This document shows positions 28,700 through 43,088 of a stretch of 64,000 bases of DNA, piece by piece. The translations under genes and the position numbers were made by a program. The notes under the pieces are model-generated. The model was not told the DNA's origin and searched no databases. It saw only the letters and a list, made by a program, of their open reading frames with translations. The DNA comes from the human T2T-CHM13v2.0 reference genome, Homo sapiens. Location: the NCBI RefSeq assembly GCF_009914755.1, contig NC_060934.1; one strand, written 5' to 3'. The number at the start of each line of letters is the position of its first letter. The stretch's first letter is position 1.

Positions 28700-29887
28700 G
28701 AAAAGGGGTTAAAAAAAATTACTATAGTGGAAAGTAAAACTAAAATACTGGAAAAAGTTTGTTTTCCCATGAGTTGTCTCTTTCAACTAATCCACAGTAG
28801 GAAGACATACACAGCTCTTTCAGTGCCCAGACCTGGCCTCCTAGCTCTTTCTGGAAGCTATTAGCTTTTAGAGATAAATAGGACTTGACAATGGTGCAGT
28901 GGAACTAAGCAACAATTCAAAACTAAGAGGCAATACACAAGGGAGAGCACATGTAACTAACACAGAATTGGGAGACTCAAATCTCTGGAGCAGTTATGGA
29001 AGAGTAATGATTCAGGTCTCTGATTAGTGATTCCAGCTGTAAAACATGAACGGACAGACAATACATCACTGAGCTGTATCTTTACATAGATGCTAGTTTT
29101 ACCTTTAACAAAGGCTCACCTGGTGCCTTTGACCATCTCAATTAATTTCCTTAGAAATTAGCTTCCTCAACAGCAAAAGGAAGAAAAAGACATCACTTTC
29201 TTATGAATCAGAGAAATGGGTGACAAAAAAACTGGAAAGGCCATGAAATAGCACTAAGAATGGGCATCAGAATAGTCATATTTTTCTTAATATATAAGGT
29301 TGAAAAATGAAATAATTTTGTTTAGAGCCAACGACCACACTACTAAAAAACAAAGTTTCTATTGAGGTATTTCCCCAGGCATGGTATTACCAACAGCAAT
29401 TGTTTTGCCAAAGTTCTCTTATATACCAAGCTCTGTGTCATTTACTTCTTAAGACCACCTGGCAATGCATGGATATGATCCTTATTTTACAGATGGGAAA
29501 AGTGAGGTTTAGAGAGTTTAAGCTGAAATATAAACAAAACAAAAATATTCAGGAAACTGCATCACATTGTGTAAGAAATCTGAATTTTGAGTATTTACAG
29601 CTGAGCCAACATCCCATCCCATTTCAGCCACATTTCAAAATCTACTTAATGACTATATTAGTAAAGTACTGAAAAAATTATTCTAGTATCACATAGCTAT
29701 CTAAAATTACATGTGTCCATTTTTCATTATTTTTTGTAGTCTTGTGCCCAGTTAGATTTGCTTATTACCACCTCGTATGTTAAATCAGTCATCCTGAAAT
29801 GTCATCCATTTCTCAACACTCTATCTCACCTGAACATCCACAGTAACCTTCTTTCTACCTGTTGTCCTTAACACCACTCTTGCCTCC

Positions 29888-30194
29888 TGCTATGGTCTGA
29901 ATGTTTGTGTCTCCTTCCCCTCAAATTCCTATGTTGAAACCTAATCACCAGTGATTAGATCACAAGGGCAGGGTCCTCAGGTCTGAATTAGTGCCCTTAT
30001 AAAATAGACAATAGAGGTGGGCTCACCCTTCTGAAATGTGAGGACACAGGGAGAAAGCGCTATTTATGAACCAGGAACTTGGCCCTCACTAGATACTAAT
30101 CAGCCTGCACCTTGAGCTTGGACTTCCAGCATCCAGAATGCTGTAACTCACCCAGTCTACGATATTTTGTTATTGCAGCCTGAACAGACTAAGG
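29888..30194 (+). mobile_element. MLT1-type (ERVL-MaLR) solo LTR inserted in an L2
   Basis: tgctatggtctgaatgtttgtgtc...gtgaggacacag...ttttgttattgcagcctgaacagactaag. Confidence 0.8.
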
Positions 30195-30791
30195 TAGCTT
30201 CCTAAAATCCATTCTGTTTAGAACCGCCAGAATCATCTATTTTGAAACAGTTAAACAGGTATGTCCCTTAAAGCCCTCCAATGGTTGTCAAACTCATTTT
30301 AATAAAATCCAAATCTTTTCCCAAGACCCTGAGGCCCTATATCTGGCTACCTCCCTCTAGCCTGCCCTCTGGCCACCCTCCCTATCATTCTCCAGGCTCT
30401 ATCTCAGCCCAATGACCTTGGGGCTCTTTGAACACAGCTTGCGAAGTCCCTCCTGCCTTGAGTAGGATCTCTGAGCCAGCCATTCTCTCTGCCTGGATTC
30501 TGCCTTCTCCTGGGACACTTGCCTGTCACTGACATTCCATTCAAATGTCATCTCTCAGAGAGGTCCCCTACTCTAAGGAAGCCCCTGCTCCTCTCTATCC
30601 TATCCTTCTATTTTAATTTCTTTACAGCCCTCCTGACAACATTCTGCACCCCCACATTCCCATATTCTGTGGAAGCTAACTAACTCCAAAGAAATTCTAA
30701 AACCTGTTTCCTTAATTCCTTGCTACAGCACCTGGATTCCCTGGATTGTGACAACTCCCCTCATAGCTTTCTTCAACTCCCTTCAACATGA

Positions 30792-31083
<292 letters not shown>

Positions 31084-32500
31084 TCTGTCTTCTCCTAGAT
31101 GTGAATCCCACTGCCAAGGGCAAAAAGAGCCACTCATTGTTCCCTAAACACAAACTCAATTTCTTGCTTTTGCCTGTCAATTTCTTTCTCTGGCCTCTCA
31201 CATGATTATGTCTGCTATAATCCTATGCATCTACCTCATGGCTTCCAGATGTCCCCAACTGGACAGAGCCACTTCATCCTCCCAATTCCTTCAAATTTTG
31301 TTTCTACTGTATGGTATTTTTTAATAGTGAGACTGGAATCACCATTACCAACAAAAATGTCTCACGTCTCACCCCTTTTGTGAGAAGACGCTCTTAAGAA
31401 GACCTGTGCTTTCTTGTCTTTTAGTCCCAGGGAGACTTATGATGGTACCTGTAATATGACTGGCAGTACCAGCAACACTACACAGTTTTGTGCTCTAGAG
31501 CTTTAATTCTTATTCTCTCTGAAGTCCTTTTCTACTTCTTTCTACAAATGTTTGTTGCTTAAACCCTTTTATGTATCTGCCAGAGTTACTCTGCCCTGAT
31601 GCTCACTATCCCTTCACTCTGCATCCTTTCTGCATTCATATTTTTATTCAAAACACTTGCTGAGATTGCTCCATTATCCAACCAGGACTGCAAACCCCTG
31701 GAGATTGGGGCCTGTGAGTTCTGTATCCTTCTCTCTTCTTTCTAGTCTCATTGTCCTGTAAGGCCTTTCCACCCATCACAGCCTCAGGTATCTCAATGGC
31801 TACAGACTCCATTTAGGAAAATCCAGGGCTTAATTCAGTACTTTAGGAGAGAAAATTCTAAGGAAAGGTTAGTAAAACAAATGAAGAGCAAGACTAAACA
31901 TGGTAGAACAGACAAAATAATCAAAATAAATGCTTGCCTGGGAGATTTAGAACTCATTTAATATTCCTAGGTACCCATACAGGGTAGATGGCACAGTTCA
32001 TGAATCAGGAAAATGAGACATACCTGTGCACCAGTCCAGAAATGTGTCTGTACATATACTATGTGTTTTTGCTTTTTAAAATCCAACTCAAACAAAATTC
32101 ACACCTTTGTTACTAATTATTTTAACAACATTCCTGTTTAGCATATACCATTATCCCATTTTACAGAAGGGGAAATTGTATGAGGAATTTAAGTACTAGC
32201 CTGGAGCCAGAGAGTAAGTCAATGACAGAGTCACAACAAAACCCAGGTCTTTCAGACTTTGAATCAGCTGCTCTTTTTGCTAATGAAATTAAAATGTTAC
32301 TTCCTGACTTATATACAGGTTGTAACAGGAAGTAAAGAAAAAAATGCTACCCTATAAGACATGAACAAAAACATCAACACTATCTACTTGAGATAGTTAT
32401 GTAGAATTAAAATCAAGTATCCTCCAGAAACTGCTAAATAAAATTGTAGACAAAAGGTGTTAGATTTCTGTGTTGGTATTTTAGGCTGTCAACAAAAATA

Positions 32501-32611
32501 ATGTATGTATATATGTGTACATATATGTGTGTATACATTAGTGTATATATACACAGAATACGAATGTGTATATGCATACATGTGTGTTTGTGTGTGTGTG
32601 CGTATACACAC
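32501..32611. repeat. Degenerate (TA)n/(TG)n simple repeat
   Basis: atgtatgtatatatgtgtacatatatgtgtgtatac...tgtgtgtgtgcgtatacacac. Confidence 0.85.
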
Positions 32612-33392
32612 CCAGATCTCCTCATTTCTTCCCATCATCAAAACTTAACCACCTTGAGTCACATTGTTAGGGGCTTGCTTAGTCACAGCCAGCAGAACTG
32701 AACAATTAATGTTTACTCTTGGGCTAAGGGATTATCCTTAAAAGCAACACTGTTTTTTTAACAGGGGGTTTCTGAAAACATAACAGACACATCACCAGCA
32801 GTCACTAACATTTATTGAATTCTAGGCACAGTAACTAGCATGTGCAACACTTAATAAATTTTAGTGTCTATTAAAATTCACACAATGAATATACATGTGC
32901 TATTCTAAACATGCGGAATACAGCAGTGAACAGAATGGACAAACATCCTGGCTTGTGGTGCCTGTGTTCTAGTGAAAGAGGCAGACAATACACAGGTAAA
33001 GAAATAAGTAAAATATAGAGCATGTTAGATAAGTGCTAAAGGGTAAAACTAAGTGAGAGTCTCACTGGGGGAAGGGAGGTTAGAATTGGGGGCTAAGTTG
33101 GTCAGAGAAGGTCTACCTCTGTATGATGGGTCAACAAGGAGGTTATCTGTGGGAGAAAATTCCAGAGGCTTGTGTGTGTCGGTGTTTGTTGATCATCAAG
33201 GGAGTACAGGGCATGAGGTCTGGGAGGACCTCGTAGGTCACCATATGAGGACACTGGCTTTAATGCCATATGAGGTGGAAGAAGAGAAATGTACTAAAAG
33301 CCCACTAAAAGGAAGCAAGACCAGGTAATAACCTAGGTAAAAGATGAAGGTGGTTAGACCTATGCCAGCAATAGATGTGGTGAGGAAGGTCA

Positions 33393-33507
33393 GAGGATCA
33401 CTTGAGTCCAGGAGTTCCACACTACAGTGAGCTGTGAGCTATGATCATGCCACTACACTCCACCCTGGAGGATGAAGTGAGATCTCATCTCAAAAACAAA
33501 ACAAAAC
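33393..33507 (+). mobile_element. Alu right-arm fragment (FRAM/AluJ)
   Basis: gaggatcacttgagtccaggagtt...gccactacactcca...catctcaaaaacaaaacaaaa. Confidence 0.8.
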
Positions 33508-36500
33508 CCAACACATTTGGGCTGAGCACTGGGAGGAATGGAAATGCCACTGGTGGGCTTGGGAACCAGGAGGATGCCAAGTACTCTGTCAAGTGCTTTA
33601 TGCATATCATCTCGTTCAATCCTCAAGACAGCATTATAGAAACTATAATTTTCATTTTGTAGGTAAGGAAACAATGCTACTACAATAGTCAAGTAACTTG
33701 GCCAAAGTCACTCAGTCAGCAGGCAGCTGTAGGGATCTAAATCAAGAATGATCTTCCAGTGTAAGACTGAGTATAACCACATGCTTCACCACCACAGTCA
33801 TGGCACCGACAGGCTGGTGGGACACAGATGTGGTGACTTCTAAATCAGATCATGAGTAATTAGACATCCATGATGGTTTGTTGAGAGGAGGGAAATAGAC
33901 AATCCCTGGGCATGCTGTAAAAGAGAAGGCCAAAATGATACCATTTAGAAATACACATGTACACAGAGTACTCATTTATGAGCACATGCAGAAAAATATC
34001 AAAAGTTATATGAACCCAAATATGAGCATCATTTATCTCTGGTGAGATGATAATTTGGTTTGTCTTTTTGTTTATCCTTATCTTCTAATCTGCCTACAAG
34101 TCAAATTGCTGGGATTACTAACTTTAGAGAAAAATCTACAATTTCCCTATAATTCCTATGGCTCAGTCCATTATTTAGGTCATGAGACCTAAAATTGTAA
34201 ATTAGAAAAGGTAGAAGCAAAGAAGACCACCAGTTCACCAACATGAGAATGAAAGGTGAGGCACAATCTGGGACTGAATCCATCATCTAGCCTTTAGAGT
34301 GTCCTTCCCCACTCCAAAAAAACTGCCCTCGGTAAACAAAAAGAAGACAGAGGAGGCACAGCGAGGCCTGCAAGAGGCTAGGAGATCCAGATGATCTGGG
34401 AAGAGAAGGGTCAGAGAAGGTCCCCAGGAAAGGAAAGAAAATGGGATCTCAGCTCAGGCTCTGAGCCTAGATAGATAATAGGTCAGAATCAAGGGAAGAG
34501 AGAAAACGTACTAGAAACAGAAAGTAAAAGAATAAGGTTGGGCATGCCTAGTCAGTGGTCTTAAGTGCAGAAACGTGACTGAAGTTGGTAGCAAAGGAAG
34601 CTTTATCAGATTAGTAGTGAGTAGGGCCCATTCCACACTTAGAAGGTTCCAGAGCTAGGACAGAGCTAAGGGCATTTTCTACAGTCTATGGGGAACTGCA
34701 AAAATGGACGGCTATCAAAGTTGGCAGATCCATCCTGAAACACATGCACGTCTCCCAGATGGAACCCAACACATAAAATATATAATTAAAAAACTGAACT
34801 CATTTGTTTTTATTCTGTCCTATGCACGTGGCATCTACAACACTAAATCTGTTAAAAAAAAATACATCTCCAAAGGACAGATGCCTATAATACCAGGAAA
34901 TTTATAGACTGGATGTATAATGAAGAGCCTTCAGTGCCCAAAATATGCCACTGTAGGATTCTGGGCAAGTCAATAGCTTCTCCAAGTCTCAGTTTTCTTC
35001 ACTGAGAAAGGAGAATAACACTACTTGTTTTAAGGGTTGATTGTATCAAATGATACAATACACATTAATGCTTACTACTCTAAAATCAGTTAGTTTGGAA
35101 CCTGCCTCTTGAATAGGATAATAATTTTTGACATGGATTAAAAGGAACAGAACAAAACAGATTTTGAGTAAGCACATAATTGATGCAGCTACATGTGTGG
35201 AGGGAATAGAAAGGAGGGAAAGAGGTAATCCCTGAGCACCTACCTTGCTTTATTGCTGGAGATAAATATTACAGCTTATCAGAGAATTAAATAATGGGTA
35301 AGTATCCGAAAAAGCACCAGTAATATGAGGGAATTTTGTCCTCATGAGTTTCATACATGGATGGAGTTTAGACAACACATTTTCAAAAACTGAGATGTCA
35401 CTCTAAGAACAAACATTTCCCAGAATATAACCCCCATTCAACTGTTCTGCTCGCTGCTATATCCATAGCACACAGTCCCCAATAATTTTTGGTAAATAAC
35501 TAAACATAAAAATGTTCTGAAGCTCCATTAAAGACTACAATTATGGTCCCACAGTATATGGCTAATATATAGTAAAGTGAAATGACCTTAAGAAAAGGTT
35601 CTTCCGGAACTCAGAAAATAAATTCTATTGAATAGAAACCTCCCCCTCCAACTTCATATCAAATGCTCTTTATATCAAATGCTTTTAAGAACTTTAATCA
35701 CAACCATCGAAGACATAAAAAAAGGGAAAAATTGTTGACAGTGTCTGTGGGTCATAAACTACCTTTGGGAACAGAAGAGGAGTTAAGTAGTTTGATTCAA
35801 TCAACTTAATGTGAAAAGAAACACTGATGGGATTAAAATAGGGTAAAATGAAAGATAAATGTTAGTGGAGAATCTAGTCTATTGAATAAAACACAAACCA
35901 AAAACAGATTAGCATCTGACAAAAGCAACTGCCAATCAGTACAAAGATTATGCTTGGAAATTAGATTCCATTCACAGAAGAGAGGAAAATGCTATAGAAA
36001 TAATCTCTTATGTTGGCTGATACCCACTTAACAAATAAGGCCCCCAAAAGGCTTATCAAAGGTTAAAATACAAAAAAAAAAAAAAAAAGTCTTTCCCAAA
36101 GTGACCTCCAAACATGAAATACAGAATGTTAGTAAACTTCTAAAAATCCATCCTAGTTCTCTCAGCATATAATCCCAGAAAAGCCATACTGGAAAGTTGT
36201 ATCTGTTCATTCCTGCAGGATTAACAAAACCCCTAGAAACAGTTCTAAAACTTGATGCCATGGCAGGTCCCAAGCAGGATCTGTGGTCATCATTTTTCTT
36301 CTTTACTTCCTTCCCTTTTGGCATGGGATCAATTTTCAGAGAAAATTGTCACCCACTAAGTGACCATTTCCATTTTACTAGCCTCTCTACAAATCAATGC
36401 AACTGCTTATGCCAGAATGTTTTACCACTAAGCTCTCTCTACCCCTGACCCCAACCCATAACCCAACTGTCCAATGGTTTCTTTTCTTTCTTCAAATCTT

Positions 36501-36906
36501 TTCACCACCAACTGACTAATATACCCTGTGACATCTAATTTCTCCTTATACAACTGTCTTATGCTATTCCTTTTAGGCAAATGTCTGACCCAAAAGAAGC
36601 TATGGTAGAAAACACATATCAAGATATATACCTGACTTCATTTCGCTCGGAAATAAAATATATTCAAACAAAGTTGGAGATTTCCCCAAATTAGTAAATG
36701 CTATTTCCCCATCAAATTCCATATACAAATCAAGGATTCACAGAGACCCCCAAAAACCTCCTATGAGAAAGATACTGCAACAGAAGTCAGCCCTGTCATT
36801 ATAAAAGATTAGAAACTATAAGTGTCATGGCTTCTAGAAAGAGTTCAGCCCTTCTCATTACCCTTCCACAAAATTTATTCACTAAACAAATGTTAACTGA
36901 GTCTAA

Positions 36907-37236
<330 letters not shown>

Positions 37237-40200
37237 TGCAGTGGCATCTCAACCAGGCCCCCTGCTTCAACTCTTGCTTCCCTAGTCTCTGTAATGCAGC
37301 CACATTCTTTTAAACACCAGTTTCATTCTTTTAAAACACCAGGTTTTTCATATCCTTCTCCCCTAATGGCTTACTGCCACATTTGAAATAAAATCCAAAC
37401 TCCTTATCCATCCATGGCTCACAAGGCTAACACCTCACTGACCTCCTGCATCAGGGTTCTCTCCCAGCTAACTCAGCCACATGGACCCTTGACCGTTCCT
37501 CAGGTAAGTGCCAGAACTCTGCACTTTCTGTGTCTCCTGCATCAACTACTCTTCCCCAAACACATGCATGGTATTCACTCTCATTTGATTCAGATGTCTG
37601 TTCAACCATCTTCTAATCAGAGGAGTCTGGTTTCCGATCATTCAATCTAAAGTACCAGCCTCTCCCCACTCTCTCCAACACTTGCAAGCCCTTTGCACTG
37701 CTTTATTTTTCTCCATCACACTAGCCAATATCATATATTCATTTACTGCCTCCCTTACACTGGCCAGAATATAAGCTTCACGAAAGCATCAGGATCCTTT
37801 ACTCAGTGGAGCATCCCCAGGGTCTATCGGTGCCTGAAATATGGTATACTGCTTAATAAACACTAGTTGAATGAATGAATGAATTTCAGGTAAGCACTTT
37901 GTATGTGCCAGGCACTGGGATAGAAAGGTGAATGATGAATAGGGTCTAGTTCTTCCCCTTGAGGAACTTACAATTTAGCAATGAAGGAGACATATATACA
38001 ACTAATAGAATGAAATGTGATATGGGCTTAATGTGTTTGAGGAAAACTGTGGAGTGGAGTAGCTAGAGATAAGGCAGGAGAGACTGGGACCAGATGCTGA
38101 GGGCCCTTGAGCTTCAGGCTAAGGAGCTGGTTCTCCATCTGAGCACCCACTATGGAGTTCTAAATAGAAATGGAAAGAAGAAATGGATCTAAAATTAGAA
38201 TGGAAACAACTTAGTGACTATCTGGATAAAAGGAACTGAGGAGTTCTAGGTTTCTAGGAAATGCCACTGGCCAGATACGAGGAAGAAAAAGTTGGAAGAA
38301 AAATATAGTAAATCTGGTTTCATGCAAGTTGAGTTTGAGGAACCTATGACCACCACACTAAGTCATAATTTCTCTGGTGACTTGGAAACTCTAGAGTCCT
38401 GCTCCTTGGCTTTCTTCTTCAGGTGTTCACCATGTCCCAGTAGAGCTGAGCCACACGTATCACACATAGGTGCCACTGTGTTAGCCATTATTTAGCCATG
38501 CATGAAAAATCCTTACATCTTCAGCCTTCATCAAATCTCTAAGTTTAATATGTTCTTTATCATGCTTTCTTAAAACAAGGGATACCTGTTTTGCAGTGAA
38601 GTCTGACACAAATGCAGAGATTTCCCAGGAATTTTTCCTAGTCAGTGGCTTGAAAGTCCAATTCTAAATGGGGAGACAACATTATTTACAATTGTAAAAA
38701 CCAAAAAAGTTCTCAAGGACAGGCATTATTGTTGCTTTCCATTTTGAGAGGTCATGGAAATCCCATGTGGATTTACGTATATATAAACATATATACATAC
38801 AGATATGCAGGGGAGACATTAAGAATGAAAGGAGGAAAAATTTAAGTACAAAAAAAATCAAAACCTATGTTTAATAGTAAAGGACAATTTTATACAACAT
38901 AAAGATAGAACCAAATGTCACAATGTCACAAATTCAAGATTAAGATTTTCCAGCACCTCAAACATTTGGTTAAAGGGTTTATTGCTGGGAGTTTTTGGCC
39001 AAATTCTAGTGATCTCATTTCTTAAGTAAGTGATCCTCTAGTTCCATCCCATGATTCTTCTCTAAAAAGTAGAAGAAACTGAAATAAGAAGGATAGACTG
39101 ATTTTTTAAGGGATCCAGGACTTTTAAAATCAAAGTAAAAATATTCTGTTGGGAATTACTGGCCAAATAGGCTTAATTTGGAGAAGTCGTATAAAACAGG
39201 CTCCTAAGTGGCACACCTCCTAGTGGAGATTGGGGATGGGGTCAACACTCAGAAGAGTCAAATACAAAAACAGGGAGAAGTTAACTCTCTGCTAAGAATA
39301 TCCCATAACCAGAAGGATCAATTTCTCCAAAATGCCAGATAAACAAAACTGCTATAATGCAATAACTAAATAACTAGAAACAAAGGGTCCCTCTGATACT
39401 ACAAAAGATTTTAACCTTCTCTATGAGAGCCAGGAAAAGGTAGTTTATCCATCTTCACTGCTTGATGTGTCATCTGTATCTTTCTTCCTACCTCCTACCT
39501 GTCTGGTGGGCCAGATACACTGAAGAGAGGTCACAGGGAGAGAGACAGGAAACCAGCGATGGACCCCAGTAGAAGGACAGGGTGGACGATGCTTAGGAAG
39601 ATCATGACGACTCTGCTTTCATTTCCCACATCCCTATCCCGCCAGAGGTGAAAATCAGAGAGGACTTAGTTGGATGCATTCTGGACACAAACGCTCTGAA
39701 GCTAATAAAATTCAATATAATTGGCCCATCCAATTATGTTAGAATCTAATAAAATGTAGTTGTATATATATATGACAACAGAAATCATCTAGACTGAGAC
39801 GTCATTATTCCGTTTGTGAGAAAAACGAGGCTCCTGAGATGTAAGGATCCACCCAAACCACTCAGCAAGTTGGACACACCTGAGGCCTCATTCCAGCACT
39901 GAGTTAATTTTGTCAAATCAACTGGTTTCTTGCTTTGAGCAATTTAAATATATAAATGACTACAGTATTGTCAATAAGTACCAGGAAAACGCAAAATCAT
40001 AAAGCTTAAAGAGAAATAGATTTGAGGAAAATTTCCTGTTGGGAAAATTGTAATTATTAATATACTTTAAGAAAATTAGTTTTATGGTTAAGAGGATACT
40101 TTATAAGAATAAAATTACTTAAAAGTCACAGTTCTGTGAAAGATTCTGATTCGTAACTGTTAAGACTTACTCAAAGTTATATTGTGGGGTAGTAAATTAT

Positions 40201-41690
40201 TTGCCTGAATTTAAAAATTTTGATGAAAAACCGGAAAAGGAGCAAACTTACAAAAACAAAACAACAAATATCAGGGAAAACTCAGGAAGCATAATTTGAG
40301 TTGACCTTGCCTTTGTACAGTACTGGTATTTTGTTCCAGTGGGATTTTAGGAAAAAAGTTTAAAAGTCAAAAAGGCAAAAGCAGAACTAAAGTTTGGCAG
40401 CAAAAATAATGCATTTAATAAACTCCAAGTATCTTGTATTTCTAAAGCCTATTCCTATTTATTAGCCTCTTAAAACCAAAGGAACAGAAAAAAACGTCTT
40501 CCACCAAATTAAATGCAGCCCAGACCAACAATTCTATTTCAGATTCAGCTTAAACTCTAGGACTGTCAAACCATCTGTAAATAAACACTGATCAGTTAAA
40601 TGGCTTTCTTTATACCAGTTAAGACCGTCCATCCCTGGGAAAGTGTCAGGAACTGCTTTTATTTCAATTTGTAGATATATAATTTATCAGGTTAAAAAAA
40701 AGAGTTGTTATAAAACATACTAGGAAAAACCTTATCATTTCTGTCAAAGAACATTCAGCATGAACTCTCAGTGTGCATTTTGTTTTCTTGCTGTAAGATG
40801 AATTCCTTAATATTTAACCACATGGTGGATCATGAAACACACTCCACTGGAGAGAAACTCAGCTCTTTAACAAACCAATTTCCAACCCTCATTCATGGAA
40901 ACCATAAGGCGTTCCTTTAACTAAGGAGAAAATCAAACATCAGTGAAGGGACAATGTAGGCAACCCCAGTAAACAGCCAGTCTGAGGGGGTCCATGTTGA
41001 GTTTAGAGCTTCAGATATGAAAGCCACCTTGGATACACCTGGAACTAAGTGGGAGTTGCCTACTTAAAACTCTGAGAAATTTGAATGCAACAGTCACATA
41101 TTGTTTTAAGTAGTAGTAGTAGAAGGTGGGAATCCATTCAGGTCCATCCACTTCCCACCTACCCAAAGGCATACCCTTTGGTATTGTTTTCCCAACAACC
41201 CAAGCCACTCTGGAACAGGTGTTCTGAATTCTGTGTGAAACATCTTTAAATACATATTGCTAAGGCTCTAGATGTCTGACTCTGTGTGGGAAAAGCTATG
41301 CAGCCAATTTATAGTGCTTAGGCCAACTGTCGATTTATTTAATGGGTTAGTAACACCAACCAAGACTAGGTGGTTGATCTGTTGTTCAATAGCCTGTACT
41401 GTCTGAAGATGTCTGAGAGTTTTCTTTCTTATTAAGTGAAAACAGAGCATCATCTCTAACCATCTTATTCATCATCCTGTATGAATCTTGCATAAAACAG
41501 GCAACAAACAACATTTTCTTTTAAAGCTTCCAGACAGTAAGTTAGTCCAACAGGGTATGTGTTTAAAAAAGAAAAAAAAATAGTATGTTTTGATCCCAAC
41601 AAGTTGATAAATTTCATTTATAAATAATAAGTAGATGTTTGGAGTGCAAATCCCATAATCATTGAATCTTAGAGCTTTTACTTGACTTAC

Positions 41691-42313
41691 TTGTATTTTA
41701 AGAGCAGCCACTGAATTAACCAGAGTCCTACAAGGATCATGCCATTAATTTCACAAATAGAAAAGGCCCACTGCACCCGGTTAAAATGGTCAAAAAATGT
41801 GTCCGGTAGTGGAGGCTGCACCTCCTTAGGAGGTACTCGTTCGTGGACGACCGAGATCATCACTGTGGTGAGAACGAAACAGGAAAGTGCATAAAGAAAG
41901 GCCAGAAAAGTCTTGCCCCACTCCATGGGGTACTGAGAGCGCTCCAGTTCTGGCATGGGGATCTTTATCATCTCTTTCCTATACCCATTTGGCATCCCGT
42001 TGGGTTTAATCTTGATGCTGAAGCTGCCGTCGGGGGTGGGGATGTCTACGCCAATGTTGAGGTGCCCATTGGCATGGCCGTTCTTGTGTGCTTCCAAATG
42101 GTGCTCCATTTTCAGGGTTTCTATCATGTCCAGGAGCCGCTGCCCATTGTCAGAGGAGACTCGGCACAAGGGGGGTTTTTTGAAATCCTCTTGGGTTAGG
42201 TTGATCAAGTCCTGGCCTGTGAAATGCTCCAGAGGCTCACAGTATTCTGGCATAGCATTCTCCAGCAGCCAGTCTGCCACCTTCTTGGGTGACCAATAAA
42301 CCACTTCCTTCAT
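41691..42313 (-). CDS. SGMS1: Sphingomyelin synthase 1, first coding exon (SAM domain, first two TM helices), 623 coding nt
   Basis: ORF MKEVVYWSPKKVADWLLENAMPEYC...PPLPDTFFDHF...WLLLKY matches SMS1; ATG at 42313; donor AA|GTAAGT at 41691/41690. Confidence 0.98.
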
Positions 42314-42544
42314 TGTACTGGCAGACAGCAGGCAGTCCCCAGCTCTCTCTTGGCAGGTCAGCAGTCACTGTTCCGACAGGGCAGGACACTGTCCTGCCTC
42401 GGCTCGTTCATCCTGTGGGGCCTCATGAGCAGAGACTTGTTTGGCAAGATGGTCAGGGCAGTTTTTAAACACCTCATGTAGCTGTCCAGGGTTCCTGAGC
42501 GCCCAAGTATTAATTCACCTCATTTTTGAGCAGGATTCTTCCTT
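42314..42544 (-). other. SGMS1: 5'UTR portion of the first coding exon
   Basis: Polypyrimidine tract and acceptor ttttctcttgctttcacAG| at 42546-42545 (tandem CAG-AAG); exon would be 854 nt. Confidence 0.8.
42358..42477 (-). promoter_or_regulatory. 39-codon upstream ORF with three in-frame AUGs
   Basis: ATG at 42477, 42426 and 42411 share one frame; TGA at 42360-42358. Confidence 0.6.
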
Positions 42545-42786
42545 CTGTGAAAGCAAGAGAAAATATCAAGATGCTGTACTTCCAAATTACCCCTCTCAAA
42601 ACGCAAAGCCTTATATACATAAGGAAAGTAGAAAACCAGTTATTGGTAAACTTAATAGTTTTCAAACATGTATTCGTTTCAGGGACTACTGATTTCCTGG
42701 TTATTAGTCTTTTGCGACACACATTGAATTGGATCTGAAAATGGATGTTGTCAAAGGAGACATATTTTATAGAATTTCCAACGGTC

Positions 42787-43088
42787 AGCCGGGCGTGGTG
42801 GCTCACGCCTGTAATCCCAGCGCTTTGGGAGAACGAGGCGGGCGGATCACGAGGTCAGGAGATAGAGAGCATCCTGGCTAACACGGTGAAACCCTGTCTC
42901 TACTAAAAATACAAAAAATTAGCCGGGTGTGGTGGCGGGCGCCTGTAGTCCCAGCTACTCCTGCCCAGGCTGAGGCAGGAGAATGGTGTGAACCCGGGAG
43001 GCGGAGCTTGCAGTGAGCCGAGATCAGCCACTGTACTCCAGCCTGGGCGACAGAGCGAGATTCCTTCTCAAAAAAAAAAAATAATAAT
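42787..43088 (+). mobile_element. AluY
   Basis: gatcacgaggtcaggagat, atcctggctaacacggtg, gcggagcttgcagtgag; TSD aatttccaaYggtc (42773-42786 / 43089-43102). Confidence 0.93.

Noticed and set aside
41843-42299. 118- and 114-aa + strand ORFs
   Set aside because: Antisense shadows of the SGMS1 coding exon
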